From Veleropilina oligotropha (lineage: Eukaryota): 64,000 nt of DNA. Shown piece by piece: positions 34,450-47,184 of the stretch. Where the stretch lies: the NCBI GenBank assembly GCA_048128005.1, contig JBEUKZ010000047.1, positions 310,001 to 374,000 of the forward strand, in the 5' to 3' direction. Position 1 is the first letter of the stretch. Each line of letters opens with the position of its first letter. The notes beneath the pieces were generated by a model. That model worked only from the letters and a program-made list of their open reading frames with translations. It was not told the DNA's origin and did not search any database. Both the position numbers and the translations under genes were made by a program.

Positions 34450-37400
34450 TTATAACTTGTAGAAAATATTTACTTGTTTTAAAAACTCGAATAAAGCTTC
34501 GAGCTTAGTGAGACTAAATAACTCTTGGAGCGAGTTTGCCCGGAAGTACTTTTGGCGTGCGAGATCCAAATCGACACAATCCAATAATATATGTTTAATT
34601 GTTAGGGCACATGCACAAGGAATACACTCAGGTGGAGGCTCCCCCTTAAGCAGGTAGCAGTGAGTGTAGTGGGAATGCCCAATTCTCAGTCTAGCTAAGA
34701 CAACCTCCTCGCGGCGAATGATCCTGTAAGATGGAACCCATTCGCCAAGAAGAGGCTTGATTGCATGCAATTTATTCCTTGTGCATTCACTCCAAGAGTG
34801 CTGCCAAGTAGTATTTATATATTTGTTTATGTTTTGTTTAAAATCAGAGTGGGGTAATTTACAATTTAGTGTATGGTTAAGATGTGAGGCTGCCTTGGCA
34901 GCTTGGTCAGCCTTCTCATTGCCTTGGATACCAATGTGACTTGGTATCCAGCATAAAATAATGTCATTATAGGGTAAAAGATTGTTATACTGTATTAAAA
35001 TATCATAAATAAGAGGGTTTCTATTCATCTCCCTCAATGCTTGCAAGCTAGAGAGGGAGTCTGAATAGATAATAAAACGCCTATTAATACTACTTGATAT
35101 AAAATTGAGTGCAAGTTCGATTGCCTTTAGTTCCGCAGTAAATATAGTCGCGCTGCCTGGCAGACGGTTTTGAAAACATCGTCTGCCAGTGACAGCGGCT
35201 GCTCCTACTAATTCTGCATCTTTTGAACCATCTGTATATATACTTGCACGATCTGAATATTTTAATTTCAGATCGTGAAATTTTGTGAGATAATCTGTTG
35301 TGTCTGTATTTGATTTTTTGAGTGATGTAAGATCTAGGTCAATTTTCGGTACTTTTAGTGTCCATGGTGGAGTATCCGGAATGTAATTTGTTTTAATTTG
35401 ATCTATATTTATGTTTGACTTTTCTAGTGCTGGTTTTATGCGAATGCCTAATGGTGCAATTTTGTTTGGTTTTGCCTGAAACAGAATTTCGTAGTTAGGT
35501 GTAAATACAGTTTCGAAAGCTGGATTAGATGGATTTGATTTTAATTTAATTGCATACTGCAGTGAAAGTTTTTCGCGTCTATGTGTAAGTGATGGTTCGT
35601 TTGCTTCGACATAAAGGCTTTCCATGGGTGATGTACGGAAAGCCCCTAGTGCCAATCGAAGCCCTTGATTATGGATTGGATCAAGCATTTTAAGGTAAGA
35701 ATGGCGAGCAGAACCATATACAATGCTCCCGTAATCAAGTTTTGATCTAATTAAGGATCTATATAATCGGAGTAAAACTTTTTTATCAGCACCCCATTCA
35801 GTATTAGAAACTACTTTCATTAAATTTAAAGCTTTCTGACATTTAGCTTTAATATATTTGATATGAGGTATGAAAGTCAGTTTGCGGTCAAATATAAGGC
35901 CTAAAAATTTAAATTGGTCCACCACTGGAATCTCAAAGTCATCCAGTTTCAGCACAGGGTCGTCGTGTATTTCACGACGCTGGCAAAAGTGCATGCATTT
36001 AGTTTTGTCCTTTGAGAATTTAAATCCATTCTCATCGGACCATATCTGTAATTTATTTAGGCCATGTTGTAACTGGCGTTCTATACTGTTCATATTTGTT
36101 GAACGATAGCAAATGCCAAAATCGTCAACAAATAATGAACAGTCAGTGCCAGTACTAATACATTTGACAATGCTGTTTATTTTAATACTGAATAGGGTGA
36201 CTGATAAAATACTTCCTTGAGGGACACCCATCTCCTGGTCGTGAAGGTCGGAGAGGGTGTCACCCACCTTGACTTTAAAAATTTGGTCCTCAAGGAATTT
36301 TGCGATAAAAGTGGGCAAGTTGCCCTTTAAGCCAAAATCAAACAAATCTTTCATAATCCCGTACTTCCATGTAGTATCGTAGGCCTTCTCTAGATCGAAA
36401 AAAACAGCAACTAAGTGTTGTCTGTTTAAGAAGGCCTCACGAACAAAAGTTTCCAGACGTACCAAATGATCAATTGTGCTCCGGTTCCTACGGAATCCAC
36501 TTTGATATTCTGTTAATAAATTATTGGATTCAAGATACCAAACTAATCTCTCGTTTATCATCCGTTCCATGGTTTTACAAATACAACTCGTCAGAGCTAT
36601 AGGTCGATAACTGTTTGCATGCGATGGATCTTTCCCTGCCTTGGGAACTGGAATAACGGTAGCTTCCCTCCATGCGGATGGGAAGATTCCAGTTTCCCAA
36701 ATGGTATTGAATAATGCAAGGAGAGTTGCAAGTGATGTTTCAGGTAAGTGCTTTAGTAACTGATAGTGTATATCATCAGGACCAGCTGATGTGTCATGTG
36801 CCTTGTTTAGTGAATCTGTGAGTTCTTTGCGTGTAAATGGTTGATTGTATGATTCAGAATTGTTAGATCTAAAGTTTAGCCTTGTTTTTTCCTTTTGATG
36901 TTTGAAACGGGTAAATTTTGGTGTACAGTTATCGGATGATGAATTGGCAGAAAATGTATCTGCCAAAGTATTTGCAATGTCTTTAGCTGAGGTCGCTTCT
37001 GAGGTGTTTGTTTTAATGTGCTTGATGCAGTTGGGTATATGTTTGCCGCTGATTTTACGGATCATATCCCATGTCTTTTTAATAGTGGAACGAGAGTTTA
37101 GTTTGGTAACATAGGAATGCCAGGATTCCCTTTTGCTTTGCTTGATGGTACGTCTGGCTTTTGCCCTTAGTAGCCTATAGCTATTAAGGTTTTGTAATGT
37201 TGGGTTGTGTTTAAATGTTGAAATTGCATGTATGCGTGTTTTTATTGCTTGCCTGCAGTCTTCATTAAACCAAGGTTTACTTTTGTGTTTTGCATTTGGA
37301 CACGTCTTTGGAATTGAGAGAGTTGCAATGTCATGTAATATCATAGAGAAACTTGATATTGGGTCATCGCCATTAGTGAAGTTGTTTGAGTGTAATTGGT

Positions 37401-38133
37401 CTTCGCAAAGGGATTGGAATCTTGGCCAATCAGCTTTGTAAAGTTTCCACCTTTCAGTGTATGTTTGTGCTTGGTTAATTGTGCTTTCCAGGAAAATTGG
37501 AAAGTGGTCGCTTCCGCGGAGGTCCTCACCAACTTTCCAAGTAAAGTCCAGGAAAGCAGATGGGTCGCACATGGTAAGGTCAATGGTGGTAAGTGAGCCT
37601 GTAGGTGGATGCATGTATGTTGGCGATTTGGTAGTATTAAATAAACACAGATTGTGTTTCCCAATAAAGTCCTCTATTTGATGTCCCCGTTTATCTGTAT
37701 CAGTACCGCCCCAATCCGTACTGTGGGCGTTAAAATCGCCACACAATATAAATGGGGTCGGTAGCTGATTGACGAGATTGTCAAGGTCAGTAGGTCGTAA
37801 GTTTGTACTAGGTGGTAAGTATACCGAGCAGATAGTTATTACTCGGTGGGTCGATATTTTCACTGCTACTGCCTGTAAGTTTGTGTTTAAGTTGACCTGA
37901 CTGTGTGGTGTTCTGTTGTTGACAATGATTGAAACCCCCCCTGTTGCTTTGTCACCTGTGGTGACAATGTGATTGTATAGTGAGTGGTCTTTGATATGTA
38001 TGTTGTCTGTGAGTTTCATGAAGGTTTCATTAAGACATAATGCTGTTGGTTTGTGTTCTTGAATTAATAGACTGATCTCATCAATATTAGGTTTAATGCC
38101 TCTACAATTCCATTGTATTATTGTGCCTGACAT
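34450..38133 (-). CDS. D ORF2 APE-RT-RNase H (1227 aa, intact)
   Basis: Same motifs as B1. The endonuclease part is A-like and the remainder is the most divergent in the window. Confidence 0.97.
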   Translation of the reverse strand: MSGTIIQWNCRGIKPNIDEISLLIQEHKPTALCLNETFMKLTDNIHIKDHSLYNHIVTTGDKATGGVSIIVNNRTPHSQVNLNTNLQAVAVKISTHRVITICSVYLPPSTNLRPTDLDNLVNQLPTPFILCGDFNAHSTDWGGTDTDKRGHQIEDFIGKHNLCLFNTTKSPTYMHPPTGSLTTIDLTMCDPSAFLDFTWKVGEDLRGSDHFPIFLESTINQAQTYTERWKLYKADWPRFQSLCEDQLHSNNFTNGDDPISSFSMILHDIATLSIPKTCPNAKHKSKPWFNEDCRQAIKTRIHAISTFKHNPTLQNLNSYRLLRAKARRTIKQSKRESWHSYVTKLNSRSTIKKTWDMIRKISGKHIPNCIKHIKTNTSEATSAKDIANTLADTFSANSSSDNCTPKFTRFKHQKEKTRLNFRSNNSESYNQPFTRKELTDSLNKAHDTSAGPDDIHYQLLKHLPETSLATLLALFNTIWETGIFPSAWREATVIPVPKAGKDPSHANSYRPIALTSCICKTMERMINERLVWYLESNNLLTEYQSGFRRNRSTIDHLVRLETFVREAFLNRQHLVAVFFDLEKAYDTTWKYGIMKDLFDFGLKGNLPTFIAKFLEDQIFKVKVGDTLSDLHDQEMGVPQGSILSVTLFSIKINSIVKCISTGTDCSLFVDDFGICYRSTNMNSIERQLQHGLNKLQIWSDENGFKFSKDKTKCMHFCQRREIHDDPVLKLDDFEIPVVDQFKFLGLIFDRKLTFIPHIKYIKAKCQKALNLMKVVSNTEWGADKKVLLRLYRSLIRSKLDYGSIVYGSARHSYLKMLDPIHNQGLRLALGAFRTSPMESLYVEANEPSLTHRREKLSLQYAIKLKSNPSNPAFETVFTPNYEILFQAKPNKIAPLGIRIKPALEKSNINIDQIKTNYIPDTPPWTLKVPKIDLDLTSLKKSNTDTTDYLTKFHDLKLKYSDRASIYTDGSKDAELVGAAAVTGRRCFQNRLPGSATIFTAELKAIELALNFISSSINRRFIIYSDSLSSLQALREMNRNPLIYDILIQYNNLLPYNDIILCWIPSHIGIQGNEKADQAAKAASHLNHTLNCKLPHSDFKQNINKYINTTWQHSWSECTRNKLHAIKPLLGEWVPSYRIIRREEVVLARLRIGHSHYTHCYLLKGEPPPECIPCACALTIKHILLDCVDLDLARQKYFRANSLQELFSLTKLEALFEFLKQVNIFYKL

Positions 38134-38191
38134 GTTGGTTTAATGGTGTGTGTATTAAGATATTTGTTTGTAATGATATGTTAAAATTTGC

Positions 38192-39673
38192 CTATTTATC
38201 TGGTGGAAGTACGGGCTTGATGGGAGGTTTTGGCTTGTGCGGGCGATCCAATGGCTGATCGCTTTCCATTGGATCGTTGGCAGGAGGAAGCGGCCCAGGT
38301 GTTTCGGGGCTCTCCTCCGTCTGCCGGTGTAATTTGTCTGCTGCCGCCTTCCCACCCTTCATGGCAGCAGCAACAATTTCGGACGCGAGGTCCTCGATAA
38401 TCGTGTCGGTATTATCAATTTGGTCATCTGATGGTTCGTTAGTATCCATCAGGTGACCAAAGCGATTATGCAGCTTAATAGGGTCCTCGGACCCTTTGGG
38501 CTGTCGGTCTGTCTTGGTTTTTTGGTGTTTAATGGCTGCTGCCTTGCGAACAGCAGCAGCCTCTTTTTTAGAGTTATGAGTAGTAGGTTTGATTGATGTT
38601 TGTGTTGATTCTGATGATGATGATGCTAACTTGTCTCGAGATGGTACAGTACTGAAGAATGGTTTGCCAGATGGCCAGGTCATGTCAGTTTGCGTCGAAG
38701 AGGATCGAGTGATCGGCTTTTGCTCCGGTGCTGCAGCAATTGCAGCATAGGATCTGCCCGAAGTAGTGCGGGATTCCACCAGTTTCCTGGCATCCGGGAA
38801 AGAGATCCGGTCGATGGTCTTGACCCTCTGGATCTCTTTCTCGTGTTTCCACTTCGGACAGTCCTTAGAGTAAGCGCAGTGCTTACCCTTGCAATTGGTG
38901 CACAGAGGCTGTTGGGAGCAAGAGTCAGAGTCATGACCCTCTTCGCTACAACGAGCACATGCGGGATTTCTTCTGCATCGGTCTTTGTGATGCCCAAATG
39001 CCTGGCATTTGAAGCATCTCAAGGGATTTGGGATGTATGGTTCTACAGGGATGTTGATGTAACCAGCTTTAACATATTTCGGAAGCACTGGAAGGCGGAA
39101 GTCCAAGATGATGGTGTTGATGGGGACTTTCTTCCCATCCTTGAACATTGTCAGGCGTGTAACCTTGATTACACCCTGACTAGCCATGCCTTCCAGCAGT
39201 TCGGGTTCACTGCATCCCTGCAGGTCCCTGGATCTAATAACTCCCTTGGAGCTGTTCAAAGACCGATGCGGTCTGATTACTACAGGAATATTAACAAATA
39301 TATCAGTTCTAAGAAAGTTTTCCGCATGGCTCTTTCTGGCGCATTCAACCAGTAGTGTGCCATCTCGTAGTTTTTTAACGGATCGTGGTTCGCCAGCCAG
39401 GCCGAGAATGGCCTTGGATATGGCGAACGGACTCAGAGAAGTGATTGGTGTGTTGGAATTGCACGATTCCACCGTTAAAAAACGGGGCCAGCTTTCCGGT
39501 ACGACTGGTGGAGGGTCAGGTCTGTAAGGAGCATCTAGCTCAGGATTAAAAGGTGTAGACCGGAAAGCGGCCAAAAATTTAGCGTCTTCATCATCAGAAA
39601 CAGAGTCGACGGATATATTCCGTCGCTTTGCTGGTGTATGGTTTCGGCGTTTATGAGGGTGTGGAGTTGCCAT
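38192..39673 (-). CDS. D ORF1 zinc-knuckle protein (A-type)
   Basis: Few substitutions relative to A1 ORF1. Confidence 0.9.
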   Translation of the reverse strand: MATPHPHKRRNHTPAKRRNISVDSVSDDEDAKFLAAFRSTPFNPELDAPYRPDPPPVVPESWPRFLTVESCNSNTPITSLSPFAISKAILGLAGEPRSVKKLRDGTLLVECARKSHAENFLRTDIFVNIPVVIRPHRSLNSSKGVIRSRDLQGCSEPELLEGMASQGVIKVTRLTMFKDGKKVPINTIILDFRLPVLPKYVKAGYINIPVEPYIPNPLRCFKCQAFGHHKDRCRRNPACARCSEEGHDSDSCSQQPLCTNCKGKHCAYSKDCPKWKHEKEIQRVKTIDRISFPDARKLVESRTTSGRSYAAIAAAPEQKPITRSSSTQTDMTWPSGKPFFSTVPSRDKLASSSSESTQTSIKPTTHNSKKEAAAVRKAAAIKHQKTKTDRQPKGSEDPIKLHNRFGHLMDTNEPSDDQIDNTDTIIEDLASEIVAAAMKGGKAAADKLHRQTEESPETPGPLPPANDPMESDQPLDRPHKPKPPIKPVLPPDK

Positions 39674-42600
39674 ATTTTGTGTATTAAGTTTCATCACCAG
39701 AGGTCCCCGCCCACCCCGGAGCCCAACAAGGGGGCATTTTTATGGGTGCGGAGTTCCAGCACCCAATGCCAGGGATACCCGGGTGATATACTCAAATAAG
39801 ATAATGAATGTAGTGGTGGGAAATGTGTATCCCACCATCCATTACTCACTTGATTGACCCTTCAGCCACCGCCTTCTGGGATATAGATCGATTGATGGTA
39901 TATGATCTGTTACATAAAATGTTTTGATTAAAATGTATAAATGTAATATTATTAAAATATTTTATCCCAGGGCTTGACGTGACAAGCCGATTGATCAGAT
40001 AGGGCCTATCTGACCTCCCGTCTAGCTGAATCCGAGGCCAAAGTAGTGTGTTGCTTCAGCCAAGGCCGAAGCTCAACTACCAGGATCCTCTTCTCCAACA
40101 TCACGGGTCGCCACCCACGGCAAACAGGTGGCTCCCATTTGGGGGGATCTTACCCCTCTGCAGGGAGAGCAGTCGGCATATTCTAACCCCTAACCGACTG
40201 GGGGGAGGTAGAACAGGAAGGCGGAAGTCCAGGATGATGGTATTGATGGGGATCTTCTTTCCATCTTTGAACATGGTCAGGCGTGTGACCTTGGTCACAC
40301 CCTGGCTGTTCATGCCTTCCAGCAGTTCCTGTTCACTGCATCCCTGCAGATCCCTAGATCTAATAACTCCCTTGGAGGTGTTCAAGGACCGATGCGGTCG
40401 AATTTCAACGGGAATGTTGACAAATTTCGAAGTTCTAAGGAGATTCTCCGCATGGCTCTTCCTGGCGCATTCGACCAACAGGGTGCCATCTCGAAGTTTC
40501 TTCACTGATCGAGGTTCGCCAGCAAGACCAAGGATGGCCTTGGAGATGGCGAAGGGACTCAAAGAAGTAATTGGAGTAGTTGAGTCAAGTGCCTCGATTG
40601 TCAAGAATCGTGGCCAGCTTTCCGGTACAGGGGGTGGAGGGTCGGGCCTATATTCGGCCTCCCTCTCAGGATCGAATGGGATTGACCGGATAGCGGCCAT
40701 ATATTTCGCATCATCATCGTCAGAATCAATTTCATTTGATTTATTTTTTCGCCTCTTAATTGCGTGAGTGTGGTGTGCCATATTGTGTGTCTTAGTGTTT
40801 CATCACCCGAGGTCCCCGCCCACCCCGGAGCCCAACAAGGGGGCATTTAACAGGTGCGGGGTTCCAGCACCCAATGCCAGGGATACCCGGGTGATATACT
40901 CAAATAAGTGAATGAATATTAGTGGTGGGAAGTGTATATCCCACCATTCATTCCTCACTTGATTGACCTTTCAGCCACCGCCTTCTGGGATATAGATCAA
41001 CGGATGGTAAGTGATCTATGATATGGTATTTTAAGATGTAAAATTTAAATGATGTTATGTTTAGAATGTTAAGTTATCCCAGGGCATGGCGTGACAAGCC
41101 GATTGATCAGATAGGGCCTATCTGACCTCCCGTCTAGCTGAATCCGAGGCCAAAGTAGTGTGTTGCTTCAGCCGAAGCCGAAGCTCAACTACCAGGACCC
41201 TCTTTTCCAACATCACGGGTCGCCACCCACGGCCAACAGGTGGCTCCCATTTGGGGGGATCTTACCCCTCTGCAGGGAGAGCAGTCGGCATATTCTAACC
41301 CCTAACCGACTGGGGGACCATATTATTGGATAAAAATGTCACAAAAATATATATTTAACAACATTCTATTATTACCACTGGAAAGATATTTCAATTATCT
41401 TTAAAATAGACACAACTTGTAATGATTGCTCAACGAAAAACTGTCAACGATGTTTACAATTCAAAAAGTTTCTTGACGAAAACATTTTTCGGTGACAGTA
41501 TTCGTGTCGAGTCATTGTATACGTCACGATGAGTTGGCAATAAAAATTCTCGAGAACGAGAACACGAGGTCAAGAAGTTATATATAGGGGATGGATACGT
41601 GGCAATGGGTACGTGGCAATAAACTGATCTAGAAGGGTATCTAAGAAATCCATGAGACTTGAACTGGCTATAGCCAAAACCGGATTAGTGATATGCAGTT
41701 TCGGCCGAAATGTCCACAGGTAAGTGTTTTAATTTAACCCCCAGGGCCGTCCCTGGGTGTTTCTTTTAGATATACCCGGGCCGGCGAGGGTAGTGGGCCG
41801 TCCCTAAGGGCTCTATATAGTTTACGTTGTGTCGGAACGGGTGCTGGGAGCCTTATTTTTCCAGTCTAAAAAGTTTGCTCACCCCCCCCCCCCTGCTGCT
41901 GTTATGCTGGAAAAACTGCTCCATTTAGAGTACACTCACCCCCCCTGCTGCTGGTTCTCTTGAATGATACGATTAATTCTTTCGTTTTGCGTTCGTTAAG
42001 TTTCATATCGTTGTCGTTTGCCCAACTAGCTACCAGAGATGCTGCCAGTTGCATGGTTCCATCGTTGCTATCCTTCGATGCGTGACATATAGATGTATCG
42101 TCGACATACTTGTATGCTATGGCTGGTTGAGGAATCTGTAGATCTCCTATGTGCACAATGAAAGTTTTTGAGCCTATCAAAGTGCCCTGGGGTGTTCCTC
42201 CGTTCAGAGTCAACATAGGGCAGGGCACGAAAATTCCACTCGTCCGCTCGTATTGACGAGTAACTATTCGGACAGGACGAGCAGAATTTATCAAAATGCG
42301 TATTTTACTCGTCCGACAGGACGAGTAGCTATTAGCAGCGGGTCTCTCAACACAGAACTGTCTGGATCACACACAAATGTCGACAATATTTAATTAGTAA
42401 TCATTTTAATCCTAAGAACATGTTGTGACACTAAAAACGGGCACGACATAAACCTAGAATCGTCACCGGAAACATTTGATCCATGAGTTATTTATCGATA
42501 TGATACTAATAATAGAACCGTTTTCTACACGTTGTCCTGTATAAATTTACCTTTGCCGATGTCGTTATCATTTCCGAATGCAGTGAAATAAATATTTCAG

Positions 42601-42898
42601 CATAAATTGCTTTATTATATTAATTTGTACGTTTTTTCTTTCTAAAATAACTCTACAGAGTGTACGTGAACAATGTCGGAGTGCATGATTTACGCTAACG
42701 CTTTCAATCACTGTGTATCTATTTTGAGCGCCTGGAATTCCCAAATAACCGTGCTGTTATAAAAGTGAACCCCGTTTATAACATGTGCTTTTGCATTCGG
42801 TGTGATTCAGAGGTTTCCGTTTTATAGACGTAGGTAGCTTAGCGAAATAGTCCGGGGAATGCCGATTGATTGAGCTTTCTGTCGTCTGCTATAGTAAA

Positions 42899-45082
42899 AT
42901 GTCCGACATTCGCAAATTTTTACAAGGCGGCGGTGATAGCGAAAAACGATCGTTATTGAAAGAGAATGAAAAAAGGAAACTTTGTCAAAAGAAATATGAT
43001 CAAAACAAACGAAAAAGATTACTTCATGATTCATGGTTGGATGAATATCCGTGGGCAAAACAAGAAAATGGTGAACTTTTCTGTGCCATTTGCCGTAAAT
43101 ATCCTGGATTATCAGACAGAGAGTCCACACTTGTCAAGGGAATAAAAGATAAATACAGGAAAGAAACACTGAAATTCCACGAAAAGAGCGCGAAGCATGT
43201 GAAATGTATCGAGTGCCAAGCTGTGAAAGAAAAGCCAGAATGCAGTCAAATGGCCACAAGCATGAAAAAAGTGGATGAAAAAAATAGCGTCGTGTACGAA
43301 AAGTTATTCAACACGGCCTATTACATTGCCAGGGGGAATGAATCTTTCAGAAAATTTCCGGAATTGATTTCATTGCAGCAGAAAAATGGCGTGGAGGTAG
43401 GCATAAATTATATAAATGAAAAGGCATGTCGTGAATTTTGCATTAATATAGCAACAGTACTGAAAAATCAAACTTCAAAGTGTGTGCAGTCTGCACGTTT
43501 CATAAGCATACTTTCAGATGGATCGACAGACAAAGGAATAGTCGAGCAAGAAATAGTTTATGTCCGATATGTTGGGAAAGACGGTGTGATGAAAACTGAA
43601 CTTGCTGACATTGTCAATCTTGAACATGGCCACGCAGAGGGAGTAAAGCAAGGCATTTTAAAAGGTATGGAAAACATTGGACTGTCGCCTACAGAGTTGA
43701 GTAAGAAGCTAGTAGGCATCAACACTGATGGTGCAGCTGTGAATCTTGGGAAAAAATGAGGGGCTGTTAAATTACTGATCGATAGATTAAATGAAGAGGT
43801 ACCCGAGGGAAGTGCATGTGGTGATTACATGACTGTAGTGCATTGTGTGGCCCACAACCTTGAACTTGCAGTGTGTGATGCCAAGAAAGATGTTCGATAT
43901 CTCACAGACTTTGAGAGAGTTTAGAAAGGAATTTTCCAGCTCTATTACTACTCTCCAAAGCGCAGAACTTTCTGACATCGCAACATCCTTAGACCAGGAC
44001 CTAAAGCACTATGGGGGTCTACAACAAATACGCTGGGTTGCCAGCCAGAACCGGGCACTCAAGGCTCTCTTAGATAATTATGATGTTACCATGGTTCATC
44101 TTCAGGATATTATATCAACTTGCAAGGATGAGAACGCAAACAAAGCCAGGAGTTACCTCACAGAAATGAAAAGTGAAAGGTTTCTCACATTCTCCACTTC
44201 ATGATAGACTGGACCAATTTGATTTCAGAAGTGTCAGTATTATTTCAACAGAAAAAGTTTCTGATTTCTGAGGTAGCTAGAAGAATCAGTGAATTGAAAG
44301 AAAAGTGTGCTACGATGAAATTAAGAAGGGGCAAGTTGTTGAGAAAGTTTCTAAGGGAAACAAATGATGGAACGTTTCGAGGAAATGAAATGACACAGCG
44401 ACAAGGGAGGCGAAACAACGACACAACAGAGCAGATTGCTAGTGACATTGATGAAATGTTAACTGCTTCAGAGTTATTTTTAGAGGAAAGGTTTATCAAA
44501 CACCTGACAGGAGAACCACATGCTCTGTTTCGGGCCTTTGATTTTCATCAGTGGCCAAACAAGGATGATAATCCAGATGGTTTCAGGCTGTATGGAGATG
44601 AAGAGATTGACAGATTACTAACATTGTACAGTCCATTACTGACCAATGAAGAAAATGAATCAGCAGTAGATGAGTGGCTTGATTTGAAATTGTATTTGTC
44701 ACGGAACCTAAACAGATCTATGGTCGATGCTTATGAAAGTCTCTTGGCCAATGAAGATGTAGAACATTTACGCCATATTATACCACTGGTGACCATAATG
44801 CTCACGATATCTCCCAGTACAGCCGAGTGCGAACGTGGGTTTAGTCAGTTAAACCAAATAAAAACAACACTCCGAACGTCTTTGAATCAAGATACGTTGT
44901 GCGCTCTTCAGAGAATCCGAGTAGATGGGCCTACCATGAAAGATTACAACCCAACACAAAGCATCGTGGAGTGGTTGAACTCTGGAAAGGGATCCAGACA
45001 CACTAAAGGGCATACATGTTCTGGTCCAAGAGAGAAACGGTTACATCCAGCTGCAGCCTCAAGTGATTCAGATTCTGAATAG
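42899..45082 (+). pseudogene. hAT transposase (ZNF862-like), several disruptions
   Basis: N-terminal W..YPW..LFCAIC zinc finger, SDGSTD, TDGAAVN, RW and STAECERGFS motifs, split over three ORFs. Confidence 0.88.
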
Positions 45083-45144
45083 AGCAAGCACACGATTCTC
45101 CAGGACTGTTTTTGTCTATTGGCTCAGCTGCTCTTTTATGATTA

Positions 45145-45443
45145 CTAGCTATGGTACCCGTCTTCGCCGGGCAAGTCCCCCCACCCCAATTTTTTTTTTT
45201 TTTTTTTTTTTGGATAGTGCTCCCTTAAATATTTTTTTTTTTTCCCGAATTTTCCGAATTTTTTTCGTGGTAAACCTTCCTTGGGGGACCCCGATTAACC
45301 CCCCAAAGTTTGAAGGTCCTAGGTCAAAGCGTCTGGGAGGAGTTCAACTTGAAACAGACACACACACAGACCCACACACAGACCCACACACAGACCCACA
45401 CACAGACCCACACACATACAATTATAGCTCCATTATATTAAGA
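45145..45443 (-). mobile_element. Short non-autonomous Helitron inside the hAT element
   Basis: On the minus strand it starts A|TC and ends with hairpin CCCG-GCGAAGA-CGGG then CTAG|T, with no TSD. It contains an internal (CACACACAGACC)n repeat. Confidence 0.7.
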
Positions 45444-47184
45444 TGATCAATTGTTTATTAAATCATCTTCTCCAATCATATGTTTAATTCTTAATCTATG
45501 ATAATGATAGATTCTACCATTGGTCCATATTATAAATTATGTGCATATATTTATATTAACATTAACACAAAGACATGCAAAATATGTAGAGCGAGACGAC
45601 CCTCATGCTGCTCGTATACTTTATTGAGGAATAACACATACATTTCCTATCTATAAAGACACGCCATGCAAACAGTACATGTTAGTATAATATTACAAGT
45701 ATTATATTATATTCACTATATTACTGTTAATTTTGGTTACAAAATGCAGGACGAGTGACATTTGGAACAGGACGAGTAGAATTTCCTTGGTACTCGTCCT
45801 ACAGGACGAGTGAACATTAAAGTAATTTTCGTCCCCTGTAGGGTATATATCACGTTGCTGATTTTAACCTGCTGTTGCCTATTTAGTAGGAACGCAGCAA
45901 CCCATTTCACCAAAAAATCGGGGGCTCCATTTGCTTTTAGTTTCTTCAACACAATGTTATGGTTGACTAAGTCAAATGCCTTCGAAAAATCACATAACAG
46001 GATTCTGGCTACTGTACCGGCGGTATCTGTTGTCCTATATAGGTAATCCATCATGTCTATAAGGGCATGGGTAGTAGATGACCCCTTTAGACCACCATAT
46101 TGTCTTGAGTCTGTATCGAGAGATGTATCGTCAATCCACTGACACACGAAGCTTTCTAACACTTTGCTAACAATAGGTGTGAGCGAAATTGGTTGTAAAT
46201 CGGTCTTTATTGACTTTGGTGGATTTACCTTTGGTAAGGGCACAGTGAATGCCGATCTCCATAGCTGGGGGACAAAGCCTTCTCTGATACTAGCATTAAA
46301 TATCGAGCAGATTGGACCAGATATATATGGCGCAAAATCTCTTAGTACCCATGCAGGTATCTCATCTGGACCGGTAGCCTTATTCACACGTAGTTTGGAG
46401 AGCCGTGTTTCTACCTCGTGTTGTGAGATGGTGAATTCAGAAGACACGATGTCATTAGGGTCGAAATGCGGACTATTGGGTTGTAGTGGTGTTAGACAAG
46501 ACCCAACAGATTGAAAGAATGTATTGATGGTTGTTGCCAACTCTTCCATACTGCCGTCGCATTCGTTGTTAGCGAGTAGTTGAAGTGGGGTGTTGCTCAC
46601 ACATCCCGTGCCCATCAATCCTTTCATATTTCTCCACCAGTCTCTTGGATTTCCGTGTTTTAAATTCGCAACTTTCCTTTGATAAAATTTCTTACGGAGA
46701 TTCAAGTTTTCTCGATTAACCTTGTTGCGTAACTTATTATACAAAGTGACATTTCCTGAAGCATATGCTTGTTGACGTTTTCGGATTAGAAATTTGAAGT
46801 CTGGAGTAATCCATGGTTTATCTCGTTCGTGCAATGTTACACTTTTTGTTGGAAAATGCTTGTTATATAAAAGGATCATCTGGTCCTGAAAGCCGTCAAA
46901 CATTTCTTGACATGATGACATCTTATAAATCGAAGTCCAGTTTGTTAACTTTAATTCATGGGCAAACATGACCTTTTCATTTTGGCCTAAAACCCGTTTG
47001 GTTGAAGTTACTTTTTCACCAACGTTGTACGAAACTGATGGTTTGGGACGACACACTATAGCATTATGGTCAGAAGATCCAACTGCGGAAACGACAGTTG
47101 CCTCGCTATACAATTCAGGCATACTGACAAAAAGTTTATCCAAAATGGCACTTTTTCTTGTTGGTTTATTAATAAGCTGCTTCA

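Larger units (their letters stand above)
34178..40205 (-). mobile_element. Full-length I-group retrotransposon, copy D, nested in B2 ORF1
   Basis: 11-bp TSD AGGTAGAACAG at 34167-34177 and 40206-40216. Tail and 5' terminus are complete. Confidence 0.96.
33243..40781 (-). pseudogene. B2 ORF1, split by nested element D
   Basis: The N-terminal part ends ...DFRLPVLP at the D 5' end and the C-terminal part resumes beyond the D tail. Confidence 0.9.
29185..41316 (-). mobile_element. Copy B2, interrupted in ORF1 by element D
   Basis: Same flanks as B1. ORF1 is split into 33243-34177 and 40217-40781. Confidence 0.93.
42221..45838 (+). mobile_element. Complete hAT-superfamily DNA transposon with 15-bp TIRs and a 5-bp TSD
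   Basis: TIRs CAGGGCACGAAAATT (42221) and AATTTTCGTCCCCTG (45824-45838), subterminal CAGGACGAG repeats, and TAGGG at 42216-42220 and 45839-45843. Confidence 0.9.

Noticed and set aside
40101..40781. 226-aa ORF, and the similar 59362-59754 and 24282-25778 ORFs, as novel fusion genes
   Set aside because: These are read-through products across nested-insertion junctions.
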